Translations under genes and position numbers: made by a program
Assembly: GCF_009914755.1 (NCBI RefSeq)
Contig: NC_060933.1
Source: the human T2T-CHM13v2.0 reference genome, Homo sapiens
Strand: one strand, 5' to 3'
Length of the DNA: 64,000 nt
In this document: positions 1 to 17,479 of the stretch, one piece after another
Layout: each line of letters starts with the position of its first letter
Numbering within the stretch: position 1 is the first letter of the stretch
The notes under the pieces: generated by a model
Told to the model about the DNA's origin: nothing
Database searches by the model: none
What the model saw: the letters and a program-made list of their open reading frames with translations, nothing else

Positions 1-3530
<3,530 letters not shown>

Positions 3531-3532
3531 AA

Positions 3533-3770
3533 GTTTTGTTTTTTTTGTTTGTTTTGTTTTTTGTTTTTGAAATGTAGTTTGACTCTTGTCACCCAGGCTG
3601 GAGTGCAGTGGCACGATCTCAGTGGCCTTCATACCTGGCTAATTTTTTGTATTTTTACTGGAGGTGGGGTTTTGCCATGTTGGCCAGGCTGGTCTTGACC
3701 TCCCGACCTCAGGTGATCCACCCACCTCAGCCTCCCAAAATGGGATTACAGGCATGAGCCACCACTCCCA
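3533..3770 (-). mobile_element. Alu, internally deleted
   Basis: T-rich tail, then CCCAGGCTGGAGTGCAGTGG ... GGGATTACAGGCATGAGCCACC. Confidence 0.9.
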
Positions 3771-3779
3771 ACTTCATTC

Positions 3780-4625
3780 ATTTTTACTTGAAAAACTCCG
3801 TTAAGCATTTTTTTAAGGTAGACCTAGTGGTCCTGAATGCCCTCAGCTTTGTTTGTCGAGGAAACACGTTATTTCTTTTTCCTTTCTGAAGGACAGCTTT
3901 GTCAGACATAGTATTAGTTGCTGGCAGTTTTTTTCTTTCAGCACTTTGAATGTATTATTCGATTCTGTCCTGACCTGCAAAGTTTCTTTAACTTTTGACT
4001 ATTTGATTATATTGTGACTTGGTGAGTATCTATTTGGTTTGAACCTCTTTAGGAATCTTTAAGCTTCATGGATTTAGATGTCTAAATCTTTCCCATGATT
4101 TAGGCAGTTGTCAGCCATTCTTTAAATAAGCTTTATTCTCCTTTCTCTACTTTCCTTCTCAAACTCCCATAACCTGACAATGGTTTGCTTAATGGTGTCT
4201 TGTTGGCTTTCTTTTCTCTGTCTCTTTTTTTTTTCTTTTTGAGACAGAGTCATGCTCTGTCACCCAGGCTGGAGTGTAATGTGTGGTCTCGGCTCACATT
4301 GCACTCCAACCTCCGCCTCCTGGGTTCAAGCGATTCTCCTGCCTCAGCCTCCCAAGTAGCTGGGACTACAGGTGTGTGCCACCACACCCGGCTAATTTTT
4401 GTATTTTTAGTAGAGATGGGGCTTTGTCATGTTGGACAGGCTGGTCTTGAACTCCTGACCTCTTAATCTGCCTGCCTCGGCCTCCCAAAGTGTTGGGATT
4501 ACAGGCTTGAGCCACCACACCCAGCCTTCTTTTCTCTCTTTTATTCTTTTTTTCTCTGTCCTCTGACTGGATAATTTCGGAAGATCTATATTCAAGTTTA
4601 CAGATTCTCTCTCCTGTTGAAGTTG
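3780..4625 (-). mobile_element. Old L1 (L1M) fragment interrupted by an Alu
   Basis: CCCTCAGCTTTGTTTGTC...TTCTGAAGGACAGCTTTG...GGCAGTTTTTTTCTTTCAGCACTTTGAA, a typical antisense L1M motif. Confidence 0.7.
4226..4525 (-). mobile_element. AluS-like
   Basis: Poly-T followed by antisense Alu consensus. Confidence 0.93.
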
Positions 4626-4631
4626 ACTATT

Positions 4632-5140
4632 GTGTTATATCACCCAGTCTGGTCTTGAACTCCTGGGCTCAAGCGATCCTCCCACCTTGGCCTCCCAAAG
4701 TGCTGAGTTTACAAGCATGAGCCACTGCATCCAGTCAGTCCCAGCACTTTGGGAAGCTGAGGTGGGAGGATCACTTGAGCTCAGGAGTTTGAGACCAGCC
4801 TGGGCAACGTACTGAGAACTTGTCTCTATATTAAAAAAAAAAAAAAGTCTTTGGGAGGCCAAAGCGGGAGGATCACCTGAGGTCAGGAGTTCGAGACCAG
4901 CCTGGCCATCATGGCAAAACCCCATCTCTACTAAAAATACAAAAATTAGCCAGGTGTGGTGGCACACGCCTGTAGTGGTGGTGCATGCCTATAGTCCCAG
5001 CTACTCAAGAGGCTGAGGCAGGAGAATCACTTGAACTGGGAGATGGAGGTTGCAGTGAGCTGAGATCGCACCAGTGCACTCCAGCCTGGGCAACAGAGTG
5101 AGACTCCATCTTATAAAAGGAAAAAAGAAAGAAAAGAAAA
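4632..5140. mobile_element. Alu cluster: - monomer 4632-4736, + monomer 4739-4846, + Alu 4848-5140
   Basis: Alu consensus segments in both orientations, A-rich tails. Confidence 0.9.
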
Positions 5141-5300
5141 ATTCCATATCTGAGTGTTTACTCCTGAGTTTTTGAGATTGTTATTAAGATCGTGCTCTAC
5201 TGTGATGATTTGGGTTTGTTTGATAATCAGAAAAAAAGCGTATTCTTTTAGGTGTTCAGCCACACTGCTTTGGTGTCACAACTGCACATTGGTTTCACAG

Positions 5301-5483
5301 CTGCAGGACAAGTTCGAGCATCTTAAAATGATTCAACAGGAGGAGATAAGGAAGCTCGAGGAAGAGAAAAAACAACTGGAAGGAGAAATCATAGATTTTT
5401 ATAAAATGAAAGCTGCCTCTGAAGCACTGCAGACTCAGCTGAGCACCGATACAAAGAAAGACAAACATCGTAAGAAGCAATAG
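5301..5483 (+). pseudogene. SEPTIN14P: SEPTIN14 terminal coding exon fragment (unprocessed, SEPTIN14P family)
   Basis: After the TTTCACAG acceptor: [59 protein letters not shown], the SEPT14 C-terminal coiled coil. No upstream septin exons were recognised. Confidence 0.9.
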
Positions 5484-5595
5484 TTTCTCTTACTATTCTG
5501 AGAGCCTTATCATTCTACATCCCATCTTCCTGTGAGTTTGTCTTTGTAGCATTTAACTCTAATTGCAGTTCTCATTTTAAAAACTGGCTTGCTTA

Positions 5596-5928
<333 letters not shown>

Positions 5929-6472
5929 GGGGGTGAACTTGAAGGCAGGTCCTGTGTCCATCTTTTCAGATTCTGTATCCCAGCACTTAGGACATAGACA
6001 AACACGAAGATGACAATCAATATTTGCCAAAATGAAAAAACAAAAGAAACATGTAACATCATGTAAAAGAAGCTGGTTAGGTGGAGAAATTTATTTACCA
6101 TAGTCTTGCTTGTGGATCCAGTAGTGACTTTTACAGTTTATATCTAAATAGAAGCTGGAGGCTTTGTTGGGGACTCATAGGCATAAAATATTATTTATTA
6201 TAGAGTTAAATGCTACAAAGACAAATCTAATTAATAGGCCTATTTTCCTTTTTAAATTCTACTCATAATTTCTTCATAGTTTTTATGATAAAAGGTTGGA
6301 TTTTGATTAGAACTCCCATGATTTTGTGTCAGAATTAAAACTGGTATTAGAATAAATAATTCAAAAGCTAGAGAAAGAGTACAAAGAGAAGCCATGAGTT
6401 GCATTTGAATTATAATATTATGTCTTACAGATTTGGGGTATATGCTAAAGTTACCAAAGTTGTAGAAAATAA

Positions 6473-6783
<311 letters not shown>

Positions 6784-7439
6784 CACAATGACTTTTACAC
6801 ATGTTGTTAAATCATCTTACAGATTTTATAATTTGGGGGAAGAAAAGTTTTACTAAATTGTCTTTTAATGGAAACTCTACAAGAACCAGAATCTTTGCTT
6901 TGTTCACTTATGTATCCATTCCTAGGCCTAGAAAAATGTCTGACACATAGCGGCAATTATTCATTGAATAAATGGACCCAGCGATAGTACATTGGCTATG
7001 CTATATGCATACATTAAAGATGTAGATTATCGACTTTCAAAAGATAATTAATGTAACTTCTTACTGCTTCTGAACATGTTTGTGAGTTATATTGCTGAGG
7101 GACCTTTATCTTCTCATTCTTTCATCTTAACCCAGTGTTATAAAATTGAAATCACCAATATTATTCCATATCTAAAATTAATATCTACCTTGTAAAAAAT
7201 ATCACTCTGCTGCATTTGAGAATAGACTTTTTAGGTAATAATGATGCAATCCATAGGGTTTTTTGGGGGCACAGAGGGATTCATGCTAACAGAACATTTT
7301 ATTTTCTATTTTCCCAGAGCTGTAAAACATGAAATTACGGTAGTATAAGGCATATTTTTACTCTTTTTATAATTTTTTCTAAAAAAAATTAGTGTTTGTT
7401 CCCTATATAACTTTTAACTTTATAGGTAAATATTTGTTT

Positions 7440-8460
7440 CTTTCAGCTCCAGTTTTATGTGAAATAGAGTTTTCAGATTTATGTAGCATGGAAAGTTTTA
7501 ATACGTCAGAGTTACTGATTTTTGCCAATCATTTTCTCAATTATTTCTTTTTTATCTTTAGTTGATTTTTTTGTAGTGACACATTTTGTTTCTAGTCTCA
7601 TTTCCTTTTGTTTATATTCTATGTATATTTCATTTTTGGTTACTATGAGAATTACATATAACATCCTAGAGTTATAACATTTTAATTTGAATTTATTTCA
7701 ACTTAAGTTCAATCACATACCAAAATTCTACTGCTATATATATATAGCTCTACTCTTTTTATGTTATTGATGTGACAAATTATATCTTTATTCATTGTAT
7801 ACCAGCTAACAGATTTACAATTACATTTTATGCATTTGCCTTTTAAATTATGTAGAAAATAAAAAGCAGAGTTACAAACCAAAATTACAATAGGACTGTT
7901 TTTATGTTTGTTTATGTATTTACCTTTACCAGAGAGCTTTGTATATTCATACAGCTTGCTTATTTACTTATATAGTTATTGCCTAGAGTTCATTTATTTC
8001 AACCTGAAGGACTTAACACTTCCTGAATGGCAAATTCAGGGATAAATGGATTTTTTTCAGTTTTAAAAAAAAAATCCGGAAATGTCTTAATTTCTCCTTC
8101 ATTTTTGAAGGATAAGTTTTCCAGCTATATATTTCTCAATTGACAGGTTTCTTCATTATTTTAAATATATAATCCACTGCCTACTGGCCTTCAAGGTTTC
8201 TGCCGAGAAATCAGCTGCTAATGTTATCTGGATCCCTATCTGTGAGAGTTGCTCTTCTCTCTGAGTTTTCAACATTCTCCCATTATCTTTTTTTTGTTTG
8301 TTTTTGAGACAAATAATTGTACATATTCATGGGATACAGAGTGATATTTTGATACATGTATACAATGCCCAATGATCAAATAAGGATAATTAGCATATCC
8401 ATCACCTCAAATATTTGTCATTTATTTGTATTGTGAACAGTCAACATTCTTCTAGTTTTT
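7440..8460 (-). mobile_element. Old L1M fragments
   Basis: AATGTCTTAATTTCTCCTTCATTTTTGAAGGATAAG...GGTTTCTGCCGAGAAATCAGCTG; L1MA-like 3' end at ~8300-8450. Confidence 0.65.
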
Positions 8461-9654
8461 AAATTTATAAACATTTAAATTTTATTACAGAAATTTAAAT
8501 TTTTTGATTCTGAAAAAGTCATATATGTATGCAACATTTTTTATCATTTATTTATATATTTATGCATCTTTCCTTTTAGTTTTGACAGAGATTTTCTATT
8601 TTATCATTATTTCAAAAGAACTCTTACCTGTATTTATTTATCAATTATATTTCCCTTGTTTTTTCCTAGTATATTAATTTATTTACTTATCTTCTAAAAA
8701 TCCTCCATATAATCTGTTTATTTTGTTTCCTTTCTATAATTTCTTCAATAATTAGTTCTGTTCTATTTTCCATTAAAATATTTAAATCTTGTATGAATTT
8801 TTGTCAGATTAGAAATTTAGGGCGTTTCTTAATTTCTCTATACTCTAGCTTTTGACTTTTTTTTTCTGACCTAAGAGGTATTTAGAGCACATTTTAGATT
8901 TTTTATTTTGACTAATCATTTAAAATGTATACTAATCATCAATTTAAATAAAAAACTGGTCTATAGTGACAAAAATTACAAATGAGCCTAACTAATAAAT
9001 TATCAGCTGTGTTTATATGTATAAGCATGCACAGATTTTGGTAAATATGTACATAGTATGTTGGTGAGCTTATTTTTATCATTCTTAACTCATTGTGTAG
9101 TCTAAACATTGGGGAAAAAATAAAATACAATAATCAGATGGTGTGAATAAGAAAATTGTTCTAATGTTTGTAAACCAAGCAACTGTTTTAACTGCTCCCC
9201 TCTTCCTGATTGACTTCTAAAAGGGATTGATCCATATTGGGTCCTATCATATACGTCACGGTATAACATCTCCAGCTATAAAATGGAAATTTGAGAATAA
9301 CTTTGCTGCTACTCAGATACATTTTATTTCAAAAACATACACTAAGGTGTTGCTGTTGGATCTTTCCAAAAACGTATTCACACAGAACTTTCAATCACAC
9401 TGAGCCATATTTGAACAATCTTTCAAGGTCAGCTCTGGCATAAGCTAACATTATACCATTTAACTCAGAAGTTTCTTTAGTATTTGATTAATGGGTTTAT
9501 GTTTGATATGTAATGTAATTTTCTAATACTAAATCAAGTGGTAATTTTGTTAGTCAAGTTGATTTAGTGGCTTGGGAAGAAAGCTTTTAATGTTCCCCTA
9601 ATTTTTCTTACCTTTGACATGATCCTTCACATGTCTTATTTTGCTTAGTGATTT

Positions 9655-9952
9655 TTCTTTTTTTTTTTTTTTTTGAGACAGGGTCTTACTCTACCACCCA
9701 GGCTTGAGTGCAGTGGTGCAATCACAGCTCATTGCAGCCTTGACCTCCCAGACTCAAGCTATTCTTCCACCTCAGCCTCCCAAGTAGCTGGTACTACAGG
9801 CACATGCCACCAAACTTGGCTAATTTTTGTATTTTTTGTAGAGACAGAGTTTTGCCAAATTCTCAGGCTGGTCTGGAATTTCTGGGCTCAAGTAATCCTG
9901 CCTTGGCCTCCCAACATGCTGATATTACAGACATAAGCCACAGTACCTGGCC
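9655..9952 (-). mobile_element. AluJ-like
   Basis: Poly-T, GAGACAGGGTCTTACTC, diverged antisense Alu. Confidence 0.9.
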
Positions 9953-11048
9953 AGTTTTCTTTTTAAAAAAATCTATTGGTTATTAATTTGAAGGCTTCCT
10001 TTTCATAGCTGTGCTCCTTAATTGGGAGCAAACATGAATGGACCACAACTTAGCCAATTTTCTATATACGATCTTTGCCATCCTAATTTAAAGGAATATT
10101 AATTCTTTCTTTTCCTCTTTCATTCCACAAACCTGTATTGACTACATCTAAGTTCTAAATGGTGCACTGGATGTTGAAAAAGTTGATGATGAGCAAGAAC
10201 AAAATTCCTGCTTTCAGGAGACTTACAGTTCAATATGGGAAATATAATTTGTTAAAATATAAAAGTGCAATTGTGTTACATGCTGTATGAAGTACATGTT
10301 GACATGTGAGCATATAATAAATGGGCTGGAGGCCAGAGGATTGCCAAAGAGAATGGGCCTCCTGCTGAGATGAAAAGTTGAGCAGGGATTAGTTGGCGAA
10401 AGTGGAGGGACGATCCTTTCTAGGCAGGACGAAGAACATGTACAGAATCTCTGAGGTGTGATGCGACAAAGTCTATATAAAAAACTGAAGAAAGGTCTAA
10501 TGTGGCTTAAATACAGAAGCTAGTAGGAGAGGAGTCGAAAAGAGGCTGGAGAAGTAGAAAGTGTCTGCATTCTGCAGGAACTTATATTGTATAAAATATA
10601 TTGTATATTGTATAAAAAGAATTTCTCTTTATTCTAAGTGCAATGTGAAGCCAATGAAGTGCTTTAAACAGGTGATGTGATTTGATTGAATTTATTACTT
10701 CACTTAACAAATATTCATTACATGCCCACTGTTTGTCAGATATTGCTGTAGCCCCTGGTGATACAGTAGGGAATAAAACAGGCAAAAATCCCTGTCCTCT
10801 TGCAGCTTATAATGGACTGCAATGTTTAATATGTCAGAGGAGGTCCACGGAGGAGTGACTTCTAAGCAAGAATCTGAAAAAAATGAGGATATCTAAGGAG
10901 GGAACAAATGGTTCAAAAGCCCTATAATTGCAAGCAGGCATGATGAAGCAATTGCAGTTGTCCTGACTCTCAACACCGTGGAACTCAAAGGAGATGGAAA
11001 GATTCCTTCTCTCCCTCATATATTTTCTCTCTTTCTGTCTATATATAT

Positions 11049-11148
11049 AGAATATGAGACATTTCCCTAATCATTATGTGTAATTACAATTACATATATA
11101 TATGTAATTGTAATTACACATAATGATTAGGGAAATGTCTCATATTCT
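11049..11148. repeat. Perfect 100-bp palindrome (two 50-bp arms, no spacer)
   Basis: AGAATATGAGACATTTCCCTAATCATTATGTGTAATTACAATTACATATA followed directly by its exact reverse complement. Confidence 0.97.
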
Positions 11149-12954
11149 TCTACTCAGAAATAAGCAATATAGCAATTACTGTTTTTTACATTTTACAGTT
11201 ACAGTTTCAGAGAAAGTTTGATATTTATCTAAAATTTTTCAATGTATGAACTTTTTCATTTGACAAACCATAATTGTACATATTCTTGGGATACAGAGTG
11301 ATATTTTCTTTACATGTATAGAATGTGTAGTGATCAAATCAGGGTAATTTCCACTAATTTAAAATGCCACCTTTATGTTATTGTAATTTATATATATACT
11401 ATATATATACACACACACATATATATATATACATGTCCACATACAGTGTGTGTGTGCACATGTACACACATGCATATGTGTATATAATGCCCAGTATAAG
11501 CAATGTGCACAAATAAAATTAGCTAACAGAGATAGTATAGAGTGAGAGGAGAGGCAGATTAATCTTTGAGGAAAAGCACAATTTTATAGCTGAATGGAGA
11601 AAGCTGAGGTGGTTTCTAAGATGGAGAATAAGATGAAAAATGTAAGTATGTTGTTTGACTGAATTCAAGAAAGAAGGGTAAAAGAGAAGAAAGTAGTGGT
11701 CTTATCATTAAATGCCACAGAGAGGTAAAGATAAAGACAACATATTGTTTTGGGTTTAGTAATTTAAGGGTTACCAAATTCCGTTTTGGAGGAGGAACAG
11801 ATTCCATGTCCACTAGAATGGAATGAACAAGAAATGGAGGAGGAAAATAGGTAGTTTTTCAAAAGTTTTCAAAAATATGAAAAGAAGAAATGAAGTGGTA
11901 CTTGGAAGAGATTGTTGAAATGGGAGAGACTATGGTGGCTTGTTTAGAAGCAGTTGAGATAGATCCAATTGAGATAGAGATATTGACTATATAAACAAAA
12001 GAATGACAAATTAATAGTGTAATGGATAACTTGACTTTGGCAAATATTGTGAATTTTTGTGAAAGTACAACTAAAAGGCAATGTCACTCCAATAATCACC
12101 AGAGTAATCAATTTGCTTATTGCTGTCCCTTTAAATATAGTTCTCTGGTATCAACTAACATGTTTTTAACTAATGATGCTTCTTAAAGAAAAGGGAAAAG
12201 ACCTTTTTCTTTCTTTCAGTCTTCAATGATTCACTGCTTCATCTCGCTCCACCAAAGATAAATGAAATCTACATCTCTTATACATTAACAATGCATGACA
12301 ATTTACAAATAGCTAAATTTTTGGAGCTAACTTTAAGTACCTGAATGGAATTTAATCAACCCACTAATCTCCTTCTCACTTCTCAGTTATTTATCAAGTT
12401 TATGTCAAGGGACAAGGAAAAATTATCCAAACATTGTTTAAAACAATCAATATTAATTAGTAACACTTATCCAGGGGGGTTTTTAACCTTTCCCCCACTC
12501 AAGGATTATTCTAATGTCAGAGTAGAATAAAAAATAAGTGCAGCGATGCTGACTCTTCCAAGCTTAACATTTCTCACAAGTCAATTAGCTTTGTACTGGG
12601 AGGAGGGCGTGAAGGGCTGCTTGCGGTAGTTGTGTAGCAGCAGCACAATGGCCGCAGACAAGGAAAACAGTTTCTAGGAATTCCTCGTATATAATTTTAT
12701 ATTTTTGACAAGATTAATGACCCATGCTCCCTTCCTCTCCATTTCTTTTTTTGGAATTCTGTTGGTATGTAGTTACTATATTTTATTAAAGGAAATTAGC
12801 CTTATCTCTTATTATATTTTATTAAAGAAAATTATTATATTATTCCTTTATATTTTTATTAAAGGATTTTATTATTATTAAAGGAAATTAGCCTTATCTC
12901 TTATTATATTTTTTATGACCTTCAAAGTAGTGTCTCTGCTTAAAAGTGTACCCT

Positions 12955-13248
12955 GGCCGGGCGTGGTGGCTCACACCTGTAATTCCAGCACTTTGGGAGG
13001 CCGAGGCGGGTGGATCACGAGGTCAGGAGATCGAGACCATCCTGGCTAACACGGTGAAACCCCGTCTGTACTAAAAATACAAAAAATTAGCAGGGCATAG
13101 TGGCGGGCGCCTGTAGTCCCAGCTACTCAGGAGGCTCAGGCAGGAGAATGGCGTGAACCCGGGAGACGGAGCTTGCGGTGAGCTGAGATCGCACCGCTGC
13201 ACTCCAGCCTGGGCGACAGAGCAAGACTCCGTCTCAAAAAAAAAAAAA
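12955..13248 (+). mobile_element. AluY
   Basis: CpG-rich, GAGATCGAGACCATCCTGGCTAACACGGTG; TSD AAAAGTGTACCCT / AAAAGTATACCCT. Confidence 0.95.
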
Positions 13249-13382
13249 GTATACCCTGAGGCACACATCAAGCGACATGTAGAGTTCATAAATTCTGGCC
13301 AAATGGTCATACCTCAAACCTCATCAGCAGTAAGGCTCTTTACTTGCACTGACAAATATGAACGCTGGGGAATTTGGAAATG

Positions 13383-13545
13383 ATATATAATATATAATAT
13401 TATATATATAATAAATATATAATATATATAATACATATATAATATTATATATGTAATAGATATACAATATATAATATATAATAGATATATAATATTATAT
13501 ATAATAGATATATAATATTATATATAATAGATATATAATATATAA
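13383..13545. repeat. AT-rich low-complexity repeat (ATATATAATATT / ATAATAGAT units)
   Basis: Direct reading. Confidence 0.9.
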
Positions 13546-14567
13546 CTTTCCATGTGATTTTCCTCTTAATTTTTTTCTAGCTGATCCATATGAATTCCTC
13601 TTATTAAGAAAAATAAAGCATCCAGGATTCAATGAAGAACTGACTATCACCTTGTTAATCATTCAGAAACATGTTGCAGGCTTAAGCCATTTTTGATATA
13701 GATACTGAAACAATTACTTGCTAAGAGCAAACTTGAAGGTATGGATAAGGCCCTGAGTCATCTTCCTGAGCTGAATGATAGTTAAGCTGAATGTACGTAT
13801 AAAATATGATTTTCTAACCACTTGCTCGCCAACAAGGAAAAGTTTTAAGTAGAGCAGAACCTGAATAGACAAGACATTTCTTTCTTTTGGTAGAAAATGA
13901 TTTACCATCACTGTGTAGTTAATTGTAGACTAGGTAATTTTAACTTTGTGATTTATTGCCGGAGACATTTTCTTCTGTACTGTAAAGTGTGTGTCAAAAA
14001 AAAATAGCGATTTTGGAGGATTAGGGGACTTTGATAAATTGCCTGCAATTCTGGCAGTATGAACTGCATATTAATTTCTCTCTTTCAAGAACATTTTTAT
14101 TTATTAATTCCTTACAAAAACTCCCTAAACTTTGGAACAGCTCTCAATTGCCTGTATTCTTTTTTTTCTTATTATGGTACTCTTCTAGAGATTTGGCTTG
14201 CATCTGTGAATAAGCCAGGACATCTTCAGAAATTGTCTGATTAAAAACACCACCAATGGAGTTTCATTAAATTTGTATTGCTCTGACTAGTGAAACACAC
14301 ACATCTATGTTGCTGAGGATATTTTACTGCAGTTCGAGTTGTAATAATAGCTCTGTTTAAGATCCGTCAGTCACTTGAATCTTCTCTAAGGCTTTGTATG
14401 TTAGAAGTTAATTTGCTTTCTTACAAGGCCACATTCTATCTTGTAACTAAACAACTGAATTTTATGTCTTAGCGTAGATGGTTTATTACTTTCTGGTTTT
14501 TCTTTAGTAAGAATCCTATAAAAACACTAGTATTTTTCTCTGAGTTTAAAATTCAATACATGCCTAC

Positions 14568-14948
14568 TGATATGGTTAGGCTTTGTATCCCCACCTGAAT
14601 CTCGTCTTGAATTGTAATCCCCATAGCCCCCATAATCCCCACAGGTCAAGGGAGAGACCAGGTGGAGGTAATTGAATCATGGGGGCAGTTTCCCCTGTGC
14701 TGTTCTTGTGATAGTGAGTTCTCACGAGATTTGATGGTTTTATAAGGGATTCTTTCCCCTTTGCTCGGCACTTCTTCATGCTGCCTTGCGAAGAAGCTGG
14801 CTTGCTTCCTCTTTGTCTTCCGCCATGATTGTAGATTTCCTGAGGCCTCCCAAGCTGTGCTGAACTGTGAGCCAATTAAACTTCTTTCCTTTATAAATTA
14901 CCCAGTCTTGGGCAGTTCTTTATAGCAGTATGAAAACAGAAAAATACA
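14568..14948 (+). mobile_element. THE1/MST-type MaLR solo LTR
   Basis: TGATATGGTTAGGCTTTGTATCCCCACC...AATACA with perfect 5-bp TSD CCTAC (14563-14567 and 14949-14953). Confidence 0.92.
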
Positions 14949-15299
14949 CCTACTATGTAAAACTTAAAATACAAAAAAACAAAACATTATCTCACTAACA
15001 TAGGAGCTAATATTTTGGTGTACTTTGTTTAGTATTTTATATTAAAAATATGTACATATATATTTATATATAATTAAGAACATGTATGTACAATCGTGCA
15101 TACATCATGTACATACATCTACTTAAGAAAATAGCTATGTAATATACCATTACTCAACTAGATTATAATTTTTTCTCCATTTCTTTATTGTAATTTATCA
15201 TTTTCTACTTTTTTGTTTTCTCATTTTTATTGCATAATATTTAATTATGCAAAAAATACATTAAATACATTGAAAATATATAGTGTAGCTATAAGAATA

Positions 15300-16400
15300 A
15301 AGAACGATGGTAAAACAAATGCTAATACCCACTACCTGACTTAAAGAATATGATATTATTTTTTTCCAATTGAAATTCCCTCAACTACTCAGAATTACTG
15401 CTATCCCTCTTATCCTTTCATTAATTTTCTTCTAGTTTTCTCACATGTGAATCTATTTCTAAATACATTTCTTTATTTTGCAAGTTTTTGGACTTCATAT
15501 AAATGTAACCATATTGTATATATTCTTCTTCAGCTTCTTAGTTTTTCACTAAACAATATGTTTTGCTGATACTTACATTCATATGTACAGTAATAGTTGA
15601 TTTATTTTAATGGCTATATATTATTCCATTGTTAGAATACACCAGGATTTATTTTTACTTATTTTTTTTGCTGGAAAATTGGGTGTCTTTTTTATTTTTT
15701 GATATAACAAACAATGTTGTAATCATTTTGTATTTACTTCCTAGTCCACTCCTGTAAGTTTCTCTTGAGTACATACTAGCAATGAATATGCTGAGTCACT
15801 GCATATACATACTCACAACTTTATTCTATAATGTAATATTCTATAAAGTAGCTGTATCAGTTTATACTTTAACCAGTAATGGACAAGATTTTCTGTTACT
15901 TCCCATCTTTGTTAATTATTACTTTTAGACTCTAACTTTTATCAGGCTCATGGATGTAAAAAGCATCTCAGGGTGGTTTTAATTTGCATTTATCTGCTCA
16001 TCTATGAAGATGAGCTTCTTTTCATATAATTATGAGTCATTATTTTTGTTTTGCCTTCTTTTGTTTATGCATTTTGCTTGTTCTATGTCTTATTTTTCCT
16101 GTTGATTTTTGGGAGTTCATATATATTCTAAATGTATATTTATTCACTTATATATATGTTGTAAATATTACAGTTTATGATTTGTCACCTTATGATATCT
16201 TCCAAATAGAGAAGCTTTATATTTTGATGTAGTCATATGTTCATTTTTCCTCCTTAATGTTTGTTTTTCTTGGTCCTATGACCTACCAAAAGTAACAAAA
16301 ATTCTCATTTATTTTTAATCCAAATGTTTTAAGTATTTTCCTGGAACTCACCTTGAATTGATTTCTATTGGAGATAGGTATCCAATCTAATTTGCCTCAT
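15300..16400 (-). mobile_element. Ancient L1 (L1ME/MC-like) 3' region
   Basis: GTGGTTTTAATTTGCATTT...GATGAGCTTCTTTTCATA motifs, highly diverged. Confidence 0.55.
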
Positions 16401-16414
16401 ATGGATAACCACTT

Positions 16415-16905
16415 GTTCTATTACTGCTGTAACAAATTTCTACAAACTAAGTGACCTAAAATAACACAAACTTGTCATCTTACAGTGTACACAAGTCAGA
16501 AATCAGGCATGAATTTTAGTGAACTAAAATCAAGTTGTCGACAGGCATGTTTCTTTATGGTGGCTAGGGTAGAATCCATATCCTGGCCTTTTCTATCTTC
16601 TAGAGAACATCAGCATTCCTTTTCTCATTGCCTCTCCTCTCTCTTTTTAAAGCTGGCAATGTCACATTTCTCTGACCATTCTTTCATTGTCACATCTCTC
16701 TCTGGACTCAGCTAAGAAAGGTTCTCCATTTTTAAGAACTCATGTGATTAGACTGGGCCCGTCTGGGTAACCCAGGAAGATCTCTCCATCTCGGTTTGCA
16801 TCCTTAATCACATCTGATAAGCCTTTATTGCATTCAGTGTAACATATTCACAGGTTCCAGGGTTAGGCATGGGCATCTTTGAGGGCCATTATTCTCCCTA
16901 CCACA
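16415..16905. mobile_element. MLT1-type MaLR LTR
   Basis: CTATTACTGCTGTAACAAAT...TCACAGGTTCCAGGGTTAGG...GGGCCATTATTCTCCCTACCACA. Confidence 0.7.
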
Positions 16906-17479
16906 TTATTTGCCTAGCATCTTTCATTACATTGTCCATCTATTTACTTACTGATTTCTAATGACATCCAAATCAGTTACAACATTTTATGTAAGCATTG
17001 TTTTTATTTTTATGTTATTCCACTAGTCTATTTTTCTACTCATGAATTATGGTACATGAGTTTATTTTTGCAACTTTAAGCTCAATAACATGTTTTAAGA
17101 TTTCCTCAACTTTCTTTTTGCGCTTCTTCAGAAGTTGACTCTTTTGGCCCTTTGGTCTTCTATACACATTTTAGAAATGCTTTGTTGAGGACTAAGAGGA
17201 ATGCTAAGATTTTGATAGGAATTTCATTGAATTTTGAGTATATTGGCATGCTACAATGGTTAGTGCTTTATACATGAAAATAATATATCCCTTCCTCTTT
17301 TCCTAGTATCATGAGATGTTTGTTAGCCAGACATGAATATTGAGTTGTATCAAATGTGGTTTTCTGCATTATTGTGGTGGTGATGTGATTTAGCTCCTTT
17401 AATTAGTTAATGTAATGAATTACATTTGTAGATTGCTCTAACTATTGAAACAAGCTTGAATTTCTGGAATAAGCCCAAT

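Noticed and set aside
5154-5483. 109-aa ORF as a functional septin
   Set aside because: The N-terminal half is intronic sequence upstream of the acceptor; no GTPase domain.
8310-11350. Similar ~70-bp segments at ~8315 and ~11270
   Set aside because: Both match a common L1MA 3' end; independent insertions explain them.
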